From Planctomycetota bacterium (lineage in GTDB: Bacteria; Planctomycetota; UBA1135; UBA2386): DNA of 64,000 nt. The notes under the pieces were generated by a model. It ran no database searches. It was not told where the DNA came from and saw nothing but the letters and a program-made list of their open reading frames with translations. A program made the translations under genes and the position numbers. How positions within the stretch are numbered: position 1 is the stretch's first letter; each line of letters begins with the position of its first letter. The stretch lies in contig JBKAGP010000001.1 in assembly GCA_046290465.1 (NCBI GenBank), positions 5,856,001-5,920,000 of the forward strand. The letters run 5' to 3'. Positions 48,220-60,069 of this stretch are shown piece after piece.

Positions 48220-49036
48220 ATCGTCGGCCGCGCTCGACCAGCAGGTCGCCGCGGTCGCGACCGCGTACCGCCTGTCGCTCGCCGGCACGCGGCACCGCGG
48301 CCGGATCGGCCAGCGTCGCGGCAGCGGCCCCGGCAGTTCGCTCGAGTTCCACGACTTCCGGGACTACGCGCCCGGCGACGACCTGCGCCACGTCGACTGG
48401 TCCGGCTACGCGCGCACCGACCAGCTGCGCGTGCGCCTGCACGAGGCCGAGGTCGCGCCGATCGTCGAGGTCCTGCTCGACACGTCGCGATCGATGGCGA
48501 GCACCGACGGCAAGCTGCAGACGCTGCGCGGCCTCGGCAGGGCACTCGCGGCGTGGTCGCGGGCCGAGGGCTCGCGCGCCCGCGTGCTGGCGCTCGGCGG
48601 TGGCGAGGTCGAGCTGTCGCAGCTGGTCTGCGACGGCGACGAGCAGCCGCGGGCGCCGCGCGCGCCGCTGCGGCCCGGCAGCGTGCGGGTGCTGGTGACC
48701 GATGGTCTGTGGCCGCACGATCCGGCGCCGCTGCTGCGCGCCGTCGCCGCCAACGCGTCGCGCTGGCTGTGCCTGCAGCTGCTCGATCCCGAGGAGCGGT
48801 CACCGAGCGAAGGACCGGCGCACACGTTCGTCGACTGCGAGACCGGCGCGCGCGCGACGCTGCACCTCGACGCGGCGGCGCTGCGGGTCTACCACCAGCG
48901 CCTGGCGCGGCTGTGTGCCGGCCTGCGCGAACAGGTCGTGCGGCTCGGCGGTGACTTCGCGTCGGCGACCGCCGACGAACTCGGGGTCGTGTGCCGGCGC
49001 GACCTGTTGCCGGCGCGGGTGGTGGAGCCGGCATGA
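48212..49036 (+). CDS. DUF58 family protein
   Basis: GSSLEFHDFRDYAPGDDLRHVDW and LDTSRSM. Confidence 0.92.
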   Translation: MPESSAALDQQVAAVATAYRLSLAGTRHRGRIGQRRGSGPGSSLEFHDFRDYAPGDDLRHVDWSGYARTDQLRVRLHEAEVAPIVEVLLDTSRSMASTDGKLQTLRGLGRALAAWSRAEGSRARVLALGGGEVELSQLVCDGDEQPRAPRAPLRPGSVRVLVTDGLWPHDPAPLLRAVAANASRWLCLQLLDPEERSPSEGPAHTFVDCETGARATLHLDAAALRVYHQRLARLCAGLREQVVRLGGDFASATADELGVVCRRDLLPARVVEPA

Positions 49037-50772
49037 CGTTCGCCGCACCGCTCGGCCTGCTGGCGCTGCTCGCCGTCCCGGCGATCGTGGTGCTGCACCT
49101 GTTCCGCAACCGGCTGCCCGAACGCACCGTCGCGGGCCTGTTCCTGTTCCCGGCAACGCCGGTCGTCACCGACGGCGGCCGCACCCGCACGCGTTTGTGG
49201 CGCTCGCCGTCGCTGTGGCTCGAGTGCCTGGCCGCGACACTCGCGGCGCTGTGGCTCGCCGGGATGACGTTCGGCGGTCTGCTGCCGCGGCACCTGATCG
49301 TCGTGCTCGACGACTCGGCTTCGATGGCCGCGCGGCAGGCGCACCAGCGGGCCGAGGCGGCGCTGCTGGCGCTCGGCGACGACCTCGGGGCCGACGACCG
49401 CGTCACCGTCGTGCGCACCGGCCGGCCGGCGGCGATCGTGGTCGGTCCGCGCGCCGCCCGCGCGCAGCTCGAGACGTTCGTGCCGACCTGGGCGCCGGCG
49501 CGTCCCGGCCACTCGCTGCAGCCGGCGCTCGACCTCGCCCGGCAGTTCGCCGGCACCGTCGACGAGATCGTCTGCGTCACCGACCGCGAACCGCAGCTGC
49601 CGATCGACGACGTGCGCCTGATCGCCTGTGGCGTCGCCACCGGCAACGCCGCGATCACCTCGCTGCAGCGGTTGCCCGGGGACGGCGGCGATCGCCTGCG
49701 CGTCACCGTGGTCGGCTACGGCGCCGTCGGGGGCGGCGAACTGGTGGTGACGGCGGACGGCCGCGAACTCGGGCGGCCGCAGCTGGAGCTGGCCGCGGAC
49801 GGCCGACCCCGGCGGGTCGAACTCGCGCTGCCGCCGGACGTCGGCGAGGTCCAGGTCGCCCTGCCCGACGACGAACTGCTGCTCGACAACGTCGCCTGGT
49901 CGCTGCCGCCGCGGCCGCGCACGGTCGCGGTCTGCGACCAGCTGCCGACCGCGTCGCGCGCGGCGCTCGAGCTCGATCGGGTGTTCGACGCGATGGCCGG
50001 CTGGCGCGACGAACCGCGCCCGGAGGCCGCCCAGGTGGTGCTGCGCGCCGAGCCTGGTCCGACCCGTGCGGGGCAGCTGCAGCTGGTGCTGCGCCAGACC
50101 CCCGGGCCGCCGCGCGGCCACCGCGGCCCGTTCGTGATCGACCGTTCGCATGCGCTGTGCGTCGGCCTGACGCTCGACGGCGTCGGCTGGCAGGCCGGCG
50201 GCGGCGACCTGCCGGGCCAGGTGCTGATCGCGAGCGGCAGCAAGGTGCTGTTGTCGGAGGAGCTGACCGACGACGCGCGCCGGCTGCATGTCGACGTCGA
50301 CGGCCGGGCCGGCAACCTGGTGCGCGCGCCCGACTGGCCGATCCTGTTCGCGAACGTGCTCGAGCTCGGGCGGCGCGAGGTGCCGGGCTGCGAACGGCGC
50401 GAACTGCGCTGTGGTGAAGAGCTGCGCTACCGCGTCGGCCTCGGCGACACCGGGGCGGTGCTGCGTTCGCCCGCAGGCGAATGGCTCGGCAAGGTCGAGG
50501 ACGGTGCGATCACCTACGACACCGAGGCGCCGGGCGTGCATCGCGTCACCGCCGTATCGGGCGCGCCGCTCGACGAGGTCGCGGTGCAGTTCGTCGACGC
50601 CGGTGAGAGCGACCTGCGCCGCGCGTCGTCGGTCGACCGCCTGGCCGAGGCCGCGGTGCGCGAGGCTGCCGCGGCGCGCGTCGACCCGTCGTCGATGCGA
50701 CGGTTGCTGGCGGTGCTGCTGTTGGCGGTGCTGCTGCTCGACTGGTGGTGGTTGCAGCGGAGGGGCGGATGA
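49033..50772 (+). CDS. BatA-like N-terminal / vWA domain protein
   Basis: MTFAAPLGLLALLAVPAIVVLHL, DDSASM MIDAS, ESDL and C-terminal TM with DWWW. Confidence 0.85.
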   Translation: MTFAAPLGLLALLAVPAIVVLHLFRNRLPERTVAGLFLFPATPVVTDGGRTRTRLWRSPSLWLECLAATLAALWLAGMTFGGLLPRHLIVVLDDSASMAARQAHQRAEAALLALGDDLGADDRVTVVRTGRPAAIVVGPRAARAQLETFVPTWAPARPGHSLQPALDLARQFAGTVDEIVCVTDREPQLPIDDVRLIACGVATGNAAITSLQRLPGDGGDRLRVTVVGYGAVGGGELVVTADGRELGRPQLELAADGRPRRVELALPPDVGEVQVALPDDELLLDNVAWSLPPRPRTVAVCDQLPTASRAALELDRVFDAMAGWRDEPRPEAAQVVLRAEPGPTRAGQLQLVLRQTPGPPRGHRGPFVIDRSHALCVGLTLDGVGWQAGGGDLPGQVLIASGSKVLLSEELTDDARRLHVDVDGRAGNLVRAPDWPILFANVLELGRREVPGCERRELRCGEELRYRVGLGDTGAVLRSPAGEWLGKVEDGAITYDTEAPGVHRVTAVSGAPLDEVAVQFVDAGESDLRRASSVDRLAEAAVREAAAARVDPSSMRRLLAVLLLAVLLLDWWWLQRRGG

Positions 50773-53510
50773 TCCAGTTCGTGCGTGCCGAGGCGTTCTT
50801 GTTGGCGCCGCTGTTCGTGCTGGTGCTGCGCGGTCGCATCTGGCCGCGGCCGCTGCTCGGCACGCTGCGCCTGCTGGCGCTGCTGGCGCTGTGTGGCGTG
50901 CTCGCGCAGCCGTCGTTCGGCACCGTCGCCGACGGCCGCGACGTGGTGTTCGTCGTCGATCGGTCGCGCTCGATGCCGGCCGGCCACCTGGCCGAGGCCC
51001 GGGAGTTCGCGCGCGAGGTCGTCGCCGCGCAGCAGGCCGGCGACCGCTTCGCGGTGGTCGAGTTCGCGCGCGAGGCGGCCATCGTCAGCCACCTGTCGGA
51101 CACGCTGCGCTGGTCCGAGGCCGAGCGCACCTTCGACCGCGACGGCAGCGACCTCGGCGGGGCCTTGACCACGGCGCTCGGCCTGGTGCCCGACGGCCGC
51201 AACGCGACGCTGGTGGTGTGGAGCGACGGCGAAGTCGCGCGCGAACGGGTCGACGCGCTGGCGCGGCTGGCAGAGCGCCGCGGCGTCCGCATCGACGTCG
51301 AGCCGGTCGGACGCGCGTTCGGTCGCGACGCGGCGGTGCACGACGTGCGGGTGCCGCCCGAGGTGCCGATCGACGCGCCGTTCGCGCTGAACGCGACGGT
51401 GGTCGCCACCGCCGACGGCCCGGCCCGATGGCACCTGCTGCTCGACGGCGAGTCGGTGCGGCGCGGCACCGCGCAGCTGCGCACCGGCCGCAACGCGCTG
51501 CAGCTGCCGCTGGAGCTGGGCGAGCCTGGTGAGCACACCGTCGCGCTCGAGGTGCAGCTCGAAGGCGACGCCGTGCCCGAGAACGACCGCGGCCTCGGCG
51601 TGGTGCGGGGCCTGACCCGCACCCGCGTGCTGTGCGTGACGCCGGGTGGGCGCGAGGACCGGCTCAGCCGTTCGCTGCGCACGGCCGGCATCGACGTGGT
51701 GGTGGCCGCGCCCGAGGTCGCGCCGCTGACCCTGGCCGAGCTCGACGGCTTCGAGGCGGTGGTGCTCGAGGACGTGCCGGCGAGCGCGCTGCCGACCGGC
51801 GCGATGCAGGTCGTGCGCAGCTGGGTGCGCGACCTCGGCGGCGGCCTGCTGATGACCGGCGGCCACCAGAGCTTCGGTGTCGGCGGCTACCACCAGTCGC
51901 CGATCGAGGAGGTGCTGCCGGTCACGCTCGAGATCCGCGACGAGCAGCGTCGCTTCGGCCTGGCGATGGCGGTGGCGCTGGACCGCTCGGGCTCGATGCA
52001 GGCGACCGCCGGCGACACCACCAAGATGCAGCTCGCCAACCGGGGCGCTGCCGGAGCGATCGAGTTGATGGCGCCGACCGACGCGGTCGCGGTGCTCGCC
52101 GTCGACACCGAGGCGCACGTCGTGCTGCCGCTGACCGCCGTCGACGACAAGGAGGGCATCCAGCAGCAGGTGCGCGCGATCGAGTCGAGCGGCGGCGGCA
52201 TCTACGTCGGGGCCGCGCTGCACGAGTGCGCGCGCCAGCTCAGCGAGGCCGAACAGGAGGGCCGCCACATCGTGCTGTTCGCCGACGCCAGCGACGCCGA
52301 GGAGCCGCTCGACTACCTCGAGTTCGTGCCGAAGCTCGCCGCCGACGGCATCACGGTGTCGGTGATCGGGCTGGGCTCGCCGTCCGATCGCGACGCGCCG
52401 CTGCTCGAGGAGATCGCCGAACTCGGCAACGGCCGCTGCCAGTTCGTCGCCGACGCGACCGAGCTGCCGCGGGTGTTCGCGCAGGAGACCATCGAGGTGA
52501 CGCGCAGCGCGCTGGTCGAGGAATCGACCGAGCTGCGCGTCGAGCCGACGCTGCAGCTGCTCGGCCAGCTGCCCGACGAGGCGCCGCCGGTCGGCGGCTT
52601 CTCGGTCGCCTGGATCCGCGACCGCGCCGACCGCGACATCACTACGCTCGACGAGCACGACGCGCCGCTGCTGGCGCACTGGCAGGTCGGCCTCGGCCGC
52701 GGGGCGGCGTTCCTCGGCGAGGCCGACGGGGCGCTGACCGGTGCGTGGGGACAGTGGGACGGCTACGCCGACCTGTTTTCGGCGGTGGTGCGCTGGCTGT
52801 GCGGCGGCGCTCCCGGCGGGGTCTACGTCGATGCGCGGCGCGAACGCGACACCGCCGTCTACTCGCTCGAAGTCGAACCCGAACGCGCCGCCGTGCTCGA
52901 TGGCATCGACGGCGTGCACACGACGCCGGATGGCGCGACCGGCCCGCTGCGGTTCACCCGTCTGCAGCCGGGCCGCGTCGAAGCGCGCGTGCCGCTGGTG
53001 CAGGAGGGCGTGCATCGCGCCGCGGTCCGGATCGGCGGCGAGTCGCTGCGGCTGCCGCCGCTGGCGCGGCCGTTCTCGCCCGAGTGGGAACTGCAGCCTG
53101 ACCCCCGCTACGGCGAGGTCACGCTGCGCGGCCTGACGCGCCGCACTGGCGGCAACGTGTCGCCGGCGAGCGCGCAGGTGCTCGCCGGCCCGCGCCGCAG
53201 CCGCGGCCGTCAGCAGCTGGGGCCGTGGCTGGTGTCGGTGGCGCTGCTGTTGCTCGTCGCGGAGATCGCGAGCCGGCGGCTGCTGCTGCACGTGCCGACG
53301 CCGCGCTTCCTGCAGCGTCGGGCCACGAAGGAGCGAGCCGCGGCGGCGAGCGCCGGGGCCGTGCCGGCGAAGCGCGCGGCGAAGCCCGCAGCGGGTGCGC
53401 CCTTGGGCAGCGGCCAGGGAGACGACGACGGCGGCGACGACGGCGGCGGCGAAACCGGTCTCTTGTCGGCGCTCGAGCGCGCCCACAAGCGCGGCGGTCG
53501 CAGGGTCTAG
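50769..53510 (+). CDS. Double vWA plus glutamine-amidotransferase-like membrane protein
   Basis: DRSRSM and DRSGSM MIDAS motifs; GGGLLMTGGHQSFGVGGY...IEEVLPV; C-terminal TM. Confidence 0.88.
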   Translation: MIQFVRAEAFLLAPLFVLVLRGRIWPRPLLGTLRLLALLALCGVLAQPSFGTVADGRDVVFVVDRSRSMPAGHLAEAREFAREVVAAQQAGDRFAVVEFAREAAIVSHLSDTLRWSEAERTFDRDGSDLGGALTTALGLVPDGRNATLVVWSDGEVARERVDALARLAERRGVRIDVEPVGRAFGRDAAVHDVRVPPEVPIDAPFALNATVVATADGPARWHLLLDGESVRRGTAQLRTGRNALQLPLELGEPGEHTVALEVQLEGDAVPENDRGLGVVRGLTRTRVLCVTPGGREDRLSRSLRTAGIDVVVAAPEVAPLTLAELDGFEAVVLEDVPASALPTGAMQVVRSWVRDLGGGLLMTGGHQSFGVGGYHQSPIEEVLPVTLEIRDEQRRFGLAMAVALDRSGSMQATAGDTTKMQLANRGAAGAIELMAPTDAVAVLAVDTEAHVVLPLTAVDDKEGIQQQVRAIESSGGGIYVGAALHECARQLSEAEQEGRHIVLFADASDAEEPLDYLEFVPKLAADGITVSVIGLGSPSDRDAPLLEEIAELGNGRCQFVADATELPRVFAQETIEVTRSALVEESTELRVEPTLQLLGQLPDEAPPVGGFSVAWIRDRADRDITTLDEHDAPLLAHWQVGLGRGAAFLGEADGALTGAWGQWDGYADLFSAVVRWLCGGAPGGVYVDARRERDTAVYSLEVEPERAAVLDGIDGVHTTPDGATGPLRFTRLQPGRVEARVPLVQEGVHRAAVRIGGESLRLPPLARPFSPEWELQPDPRYGEVTLRGLTRRTGGNVSPASAQVLAGPRRSRGRQQLGPWLVSVALLLLVAEIASRRLLLHVPTPRFLQRRATKERAAAASAGAVPAKRAAKPAAGAPLGSGQGDDDGGDDGGGETGLLSALERAHKRGGRRV

Positions 53511-53807
53511 GGTCGTCCGTCCGACAGACGTGGCATGCTGCGCGGCCGTCGCCGCCCGTCGCGGCGTTGCTGCTCGTCGACAGGATGTCTGGAACATGCC
53601 TTCGTCGCAGCGCCTTGCGACCAACGACGCCGACCCGCGGATCATGCCCCGTCTGCCAGCTGCACGACACGGGCAGCGCGTGGCGTGGCGGACGTCGTCG
53701 GGGTGCCGTCGACCAGGGTGAAGTTCGCCATGGAAGCCTTACCCGCACGCGAACGCGTCGCGCCATGCGCGCTATCCTCGTGCGCCACCATCTGGAAGGA
53801 CCCATAC

Positions 53808-54290
53808 ATGAAGCCACTGCCCGCGCTCGTTGCTGCCGTCGCCCTGTCGTCGTTCACCGCCGCCCAGACCCAGGACGTCGGCCTGACCATGGACGGCGGT
53901 CTGTTGACCGTCATCTACGGCCAGGACTGCGGTCCGGTCGCCTGCACCCCGTTCACCGCCGGCCCCGTCGGCGTCGGCACCACGCGCAGCGTCACGCACT
54001 ACAGCGCGCCGCAGACGCTCTACGCGGTCGCGCTCGGATTCCCGGGTGCTTGCGTGCAGGTGCCCGGCTTCGACAACTCGCTGCTGCTGCAGAGCCCGGT
54101 CGTGATCGGCTGGGGGCTGACGTCGGCGCCGCCGTTCGTGCCGCTGCCGTGCCAGCAGGGCTTCGCCTCGGCGTCGTTCTCGATCCCGAGCACGGCGCCG
54201 ACCGGGGTCGTGTTCCGGATCCAGTCGTTCGGCGAGTCGCTGTCCGGCGGCTTCGCGTTCGGTCCGGCGCTCGAGACGACGACGATCTGA
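53808..54290 (+). CDS. Small secreted protein consisting mostly of the shared C-terminal-type domain
   Basis: AGGA SD; signal peptide MKPLPALVAAVALSSFTAAQ; YGQDC...SIPS...FRIQ pattern. Confidence 0.75.
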   Translation: MKPLPALVAAVALSSFTAAQTQDVGLTMDGGLLTVIYGQDCGPVACTPFTAGPVGVGTTRSVTHYSAPQTLYAVALGFPGACVQVPGFDNSLLLQSPVVIGWGLTSAPPFVPLPCQQGFASASFSIPSTAPTGVVFRIQSFGESLSGGFAFGPALETTTI

Positions 54291-54384
54291 GCGGCGAGTA
54301 ACGAACGCGTACTTCCTGGGCGCCGCCGCGGCTTGCGGCGGTTCGGAGGTTGCGCCGACGTCCAGGTGCGCAACACTGCGCTGC

Positions 54385-57630
<3,246 letters not shown>

Positions 57631-57637
57631 ACTCCGT

Positions 57638-57829
57638 GAACTGACCACTTGGCTGTTGGTGGCCGCGGCGACCGTGGAAGGTTGCTCGCGACTCTGGTCC
57701 GCAATTCGTGAGGAACCGCCGGGCTTGGCCCTCCGGAACCGCCGTAACGCCAGAACATGGCCTTGCCGGCGGCTCTGGGGGCCGTGGCTGCCTTGTTGCG
57801 CGGCGGACCAACAGCCAAGTGATCAGTTC
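57638..57829. mobile_element. MITE/REPIN-like non-autonomous element (192 bp)
   Basis: 23-bp inverted repeats (1 mismatch) at 57638-57660 and 57807-57829; same core as the ends of the element at 60070-61250. Confidence 0.8.
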
Positions 57830-57882
57830 GTCGATGAGGGCGTGCATCCGTTTGGTCGGTGGGGGCGAAGGAGCCGGATGCC

Positions 57883-58092
57883 ATGCAGGACATCATGCTC
57901 ACCGACCCGGCCGCGACCCTTCGTCGTGCTCGGCTGCTGTTCTGGATCGCCGCGTTCTTGTCGCTCGGATTCGCGCTCGGTCTGTGGGCGATCGGAAACG
58001 AGGGCGAGGCCCTGTTCGTCGGTGCCTGGCCGCCCGGCATCCTGGCTGTCGGTGCGGTCCTGACGCGCCGTGCGCGGAGGACCGGGTCGTGA
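57883..58092 (+). CDS. Small membrane protein
   Basis: AGGAG SD; two hydrophobic segments; ALFVGAWPPGIL motif. Confidence 0.6.
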   Translation: MQDIMLTDPAATLRRARLLFWIAAFLSLGFALGLWAIGNEGEALFVGAWPPGILAVGAVLTRRARRTGS

Positions 58093-58226
58093 TTGTCTGG
58101 ATCGGACTGTTCGGCTTGATGGTCGCGTGCCTGGTTGCATTCGCGGCGGCGCTGACGGTGATGGCTGGCGCACGTCGGCGAGTTCCTGTGCGGGCAGAGC
58201 GCTCGTGGCCGTTCGACGCACTTTGA
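58089..58226 (+). CDS. Possible small single-TM protein
   Basis: GTG overlaps the previous stop (GTGA); hydrophobic N-terminus. Confidence 0.4.
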   Translation: MIVWIGLFGLMVACLVAFAAALTVMAGARRRVPVRAERSWPFDAL

Positions 58227-58275
58227 TCGCATCGGAAGGCCCCGGCCCGGTCGTGGATCTCCGGCGACACCGGTC

Positions 58276-58304
58276 TTGACGCGGACTTCATCGGGCTCGA
58301 TGCT
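58276..58304 (+). promoter_or_regulatory. Possible sigma70 promoter of selC
   Basis: TTGACG-N17-GATGCT ending 14 bp before the tRNA. Confidence 0.5.
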
Positions 58305-58318
58305 GGCCGCCCCCACAC

Positions 58319-58417
58319 GGGAGTGCATCCGAGCTGGTGTTCGGCCTGGTCTTCAAAACCTGTGGGGTCCTTCCTAGAGAGGGGCTCGGTGGGTTCGATT
58401 CCCATGCATTCCCGCCA
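58319..58417 (+). tRNA. selC: tRNA-Sec (anticodon UCA)
   Basis: 8-bp acceptor stem, 5-bp T stem with TTCGATT loop, 6-bp D stem with 4-nt loop, loop CTTCAAA, long variable arm, GCCA end. Confidence 0.95.
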
Positions 58418-58528
58418 TTCCGCCCGCCCGCAGCACTGTGGTGCCGCGGTTGACGGACGCTCGAATGGCAGCCGCCCCGCACTTCGGCGGGTGCGGCGCG
58501 CTGGCCTCCGCGGTAGGTTGCGATGACG

Positions 58529-58861
58529 ATGCGTGCCCTGATCTCGAAGTTGTCGCTCTCGAAGTTGTCGCTCTCGGCGTTGCTGTTGTTCGCCGCTTGC
58601 CAGATCTCGGAACCCGTGGTCGAGCCAGCCGTGCCGGCCGGAGCTGCGGTCGTCGAGACGATGGACGCTGCTGGCTACACCTACCTCAAGCTCGAGTCGG
58701 GCGAATGGTATGCCGTGCGCGAGACCGAACTCGCGGTCGGCGATCGCGTCGAGATCGATGCCGACGCGATGGCGATGAAGAACTTCACCAGCAGCACGCT
58801 GAATCGCACGTTCCCGCTGATCTACTTCGCGTCAGGCCTGCAGAAGGTCGGCGGCGAGTAG
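58529..58861 (+). CDS. NrfJ-like small OB-fold lipoprotein
   Basis: Lipobox FAAC; VVETMDAAGYTY...MKNFTSSTLNRTFPLIYF motif; 15-bp duplication in the signal peptide. Confidence 0.7.
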   Translation: MRALISKLSLSKLSLSALLLFAACQISEPVVEPAVPAGAAVVETMDAAGYTYLKLESGEWYAVRETELAVGDRVEIDADAMAMKNFTSSTLNRTFPLIYFASGLQKVGGE

Positions 58862-58873
58862 CACGGCGTCACC

Positions 58874-59278
58874 TTGACGACGCAGCTGCGCGTAGCGACC
58901 CGGGGCCAGGGGCTCACGGAGATCACCCGCGAGGTCGTGGCGGCGGTCGCCGCATCGGGCCTCCAGGAAGGTCTCTGCACTCTGTTCGTGCAGCACACTT
59001 CGGCGAGTCTGCTGATCCAGGAGAACGCCGACCCGGACGTGCAGCGTGACCTGCAGGCGTTCTTCCGGCGGCTGGTGCCCGAAGGCGATCCGCTGTGGAC
59101 ACATACGGCAGAAGGCCCGGATGACATGCCGGCCCACGTGCGCGCCGCGCTGACTTCGACGAGCCTGTCGATCCCGGTGGTCGAGGGCCGTCTGCAGCTC
59201 GGCACGTGGCAGGGGGTCTACCTGTGGGAGCACCGTCGGCATGGATCCGAGCGGCGCGTGCTGGTCCACGTCCGGTGA
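58874..59278 (+). CDS. yjbQ: YjbQ/UPF0047 secondary thiamine-phosphate synthase family
   Basis: HTSASLLIQENADPDV, EGPDDMPAH and LGTWQG. Confidence 0.93.
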   Translation: MTTQLRVATRGQGLTEITREVVAAVAASGLQEGLCTLFVQHTSASLLIQENADPDVQRDLQAFFRRLVPEGDPLWTHTAEGPDDMPAHVRAALTSTSLSIPVVEGRLQLGTWQGVYLWEHRRHGSERRVLVHVR

Positions 59279-59298
59279 CGAAGCGGTATCCTGGCCGC

Positions 59299-60066
59299 AT
59301 GATCGCGTTTGCCCTCGTCGGTCTCCTCCTCGTGTCGTCGCCCGCGTTCGCGCAGGGCAAAGGCCAGCAGTCGGGTCAGAAGTCCAGCCAGCAGGATGCG
59401 TCGAGCAAGAAGCTCGAAACCTGGCCGGACAAGCTCGCCAAGCAGAAGGTCAAGGCGTTCCAGAAGGCGCTGAAGGCGAAGAAGGTCAGCATGGCCGACC
59501 GCAAGCGCGCCTTGACCGAGCTGAAGGGCGGTATCAGCACGCACCTGGTCAAACCACTGGCGAAGTTCATCGAGACCGACAGCTCGATCGTGCTGAAGCG
59601 CGAGGCCGTCGAGATGCTCGGCGACCAGACCGGCAAGCGGACCAAGAAGGCGGTGCTCGACCTGCTCGGCAACGCCCGCGTCACCGGGAATCCGCAGGTG
59701 CACGCAGGCTTGATCCGGGCCCTCGGCCGGTCCGACTACACGTCCAAGGACTGGAAGGAGATCGCCGACGTATTCGAGTCCGACTACGACACCGAGCGCG
59801 TGCCGGTGCACGAGGCGATCCTCGAGCTCGTCCGGCGGCACAAGGAGAAGCAGGCGATCCCGTTGTTGCTCAACAACATGGATGAGCCGAGCGCCAAGAA
59901 CGTCGACGCCGCCGACAACCCGCCGGCCGAGTACTGGAAGGCCCGGTGGCATTCCTGGGCCGCTTGGAAGACCAAGGTCAAGGAGGCCATGAAGGCGATC
60001 ACGGGCCAGGACTTTGGCAGCGCCAAGGAAGCCAGGGCCTGGCTGAAGAAGAACCCCCTCAAGTAG
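59299..60066 (+). CDS. Secreted helical (HEAT-like) basic protein
   Basis: Signal peptide ending AFAQ; strong codon bias; AITGQDFG..W motif. Confidence 0.75.
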   Translation: MIAFALVGLLLVSSPAFAQGKGQQSGQKSSQQDASSKKLETWPDKLAKQKVKAFQKALKAKKVSMADRKRALTELKGGISTHLVKPLAKFIETDSSIVLKREAVEMLGDQTGKRTKKAVLDLLGNARVTGNPQVHAGLIRALGRSDYTSKDWKEIADVFESDYDTERVPVHEAILELVRRHKEKQAIPLLLNNMDEPSAKNVDAADNPPAEYWKARWHSWAAWKTKVKEAMKAITGQDFGSAKEARAWLKKNPLK

Positions 60067-60069
60067 GAC

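Noticed and set aside
53511..53807. ~300-bp intergenic region as ncRNA or mobile-element remnant
   Set aside because: No convincing inverted repeats, riboswitch consensus or coding signal visible by eye
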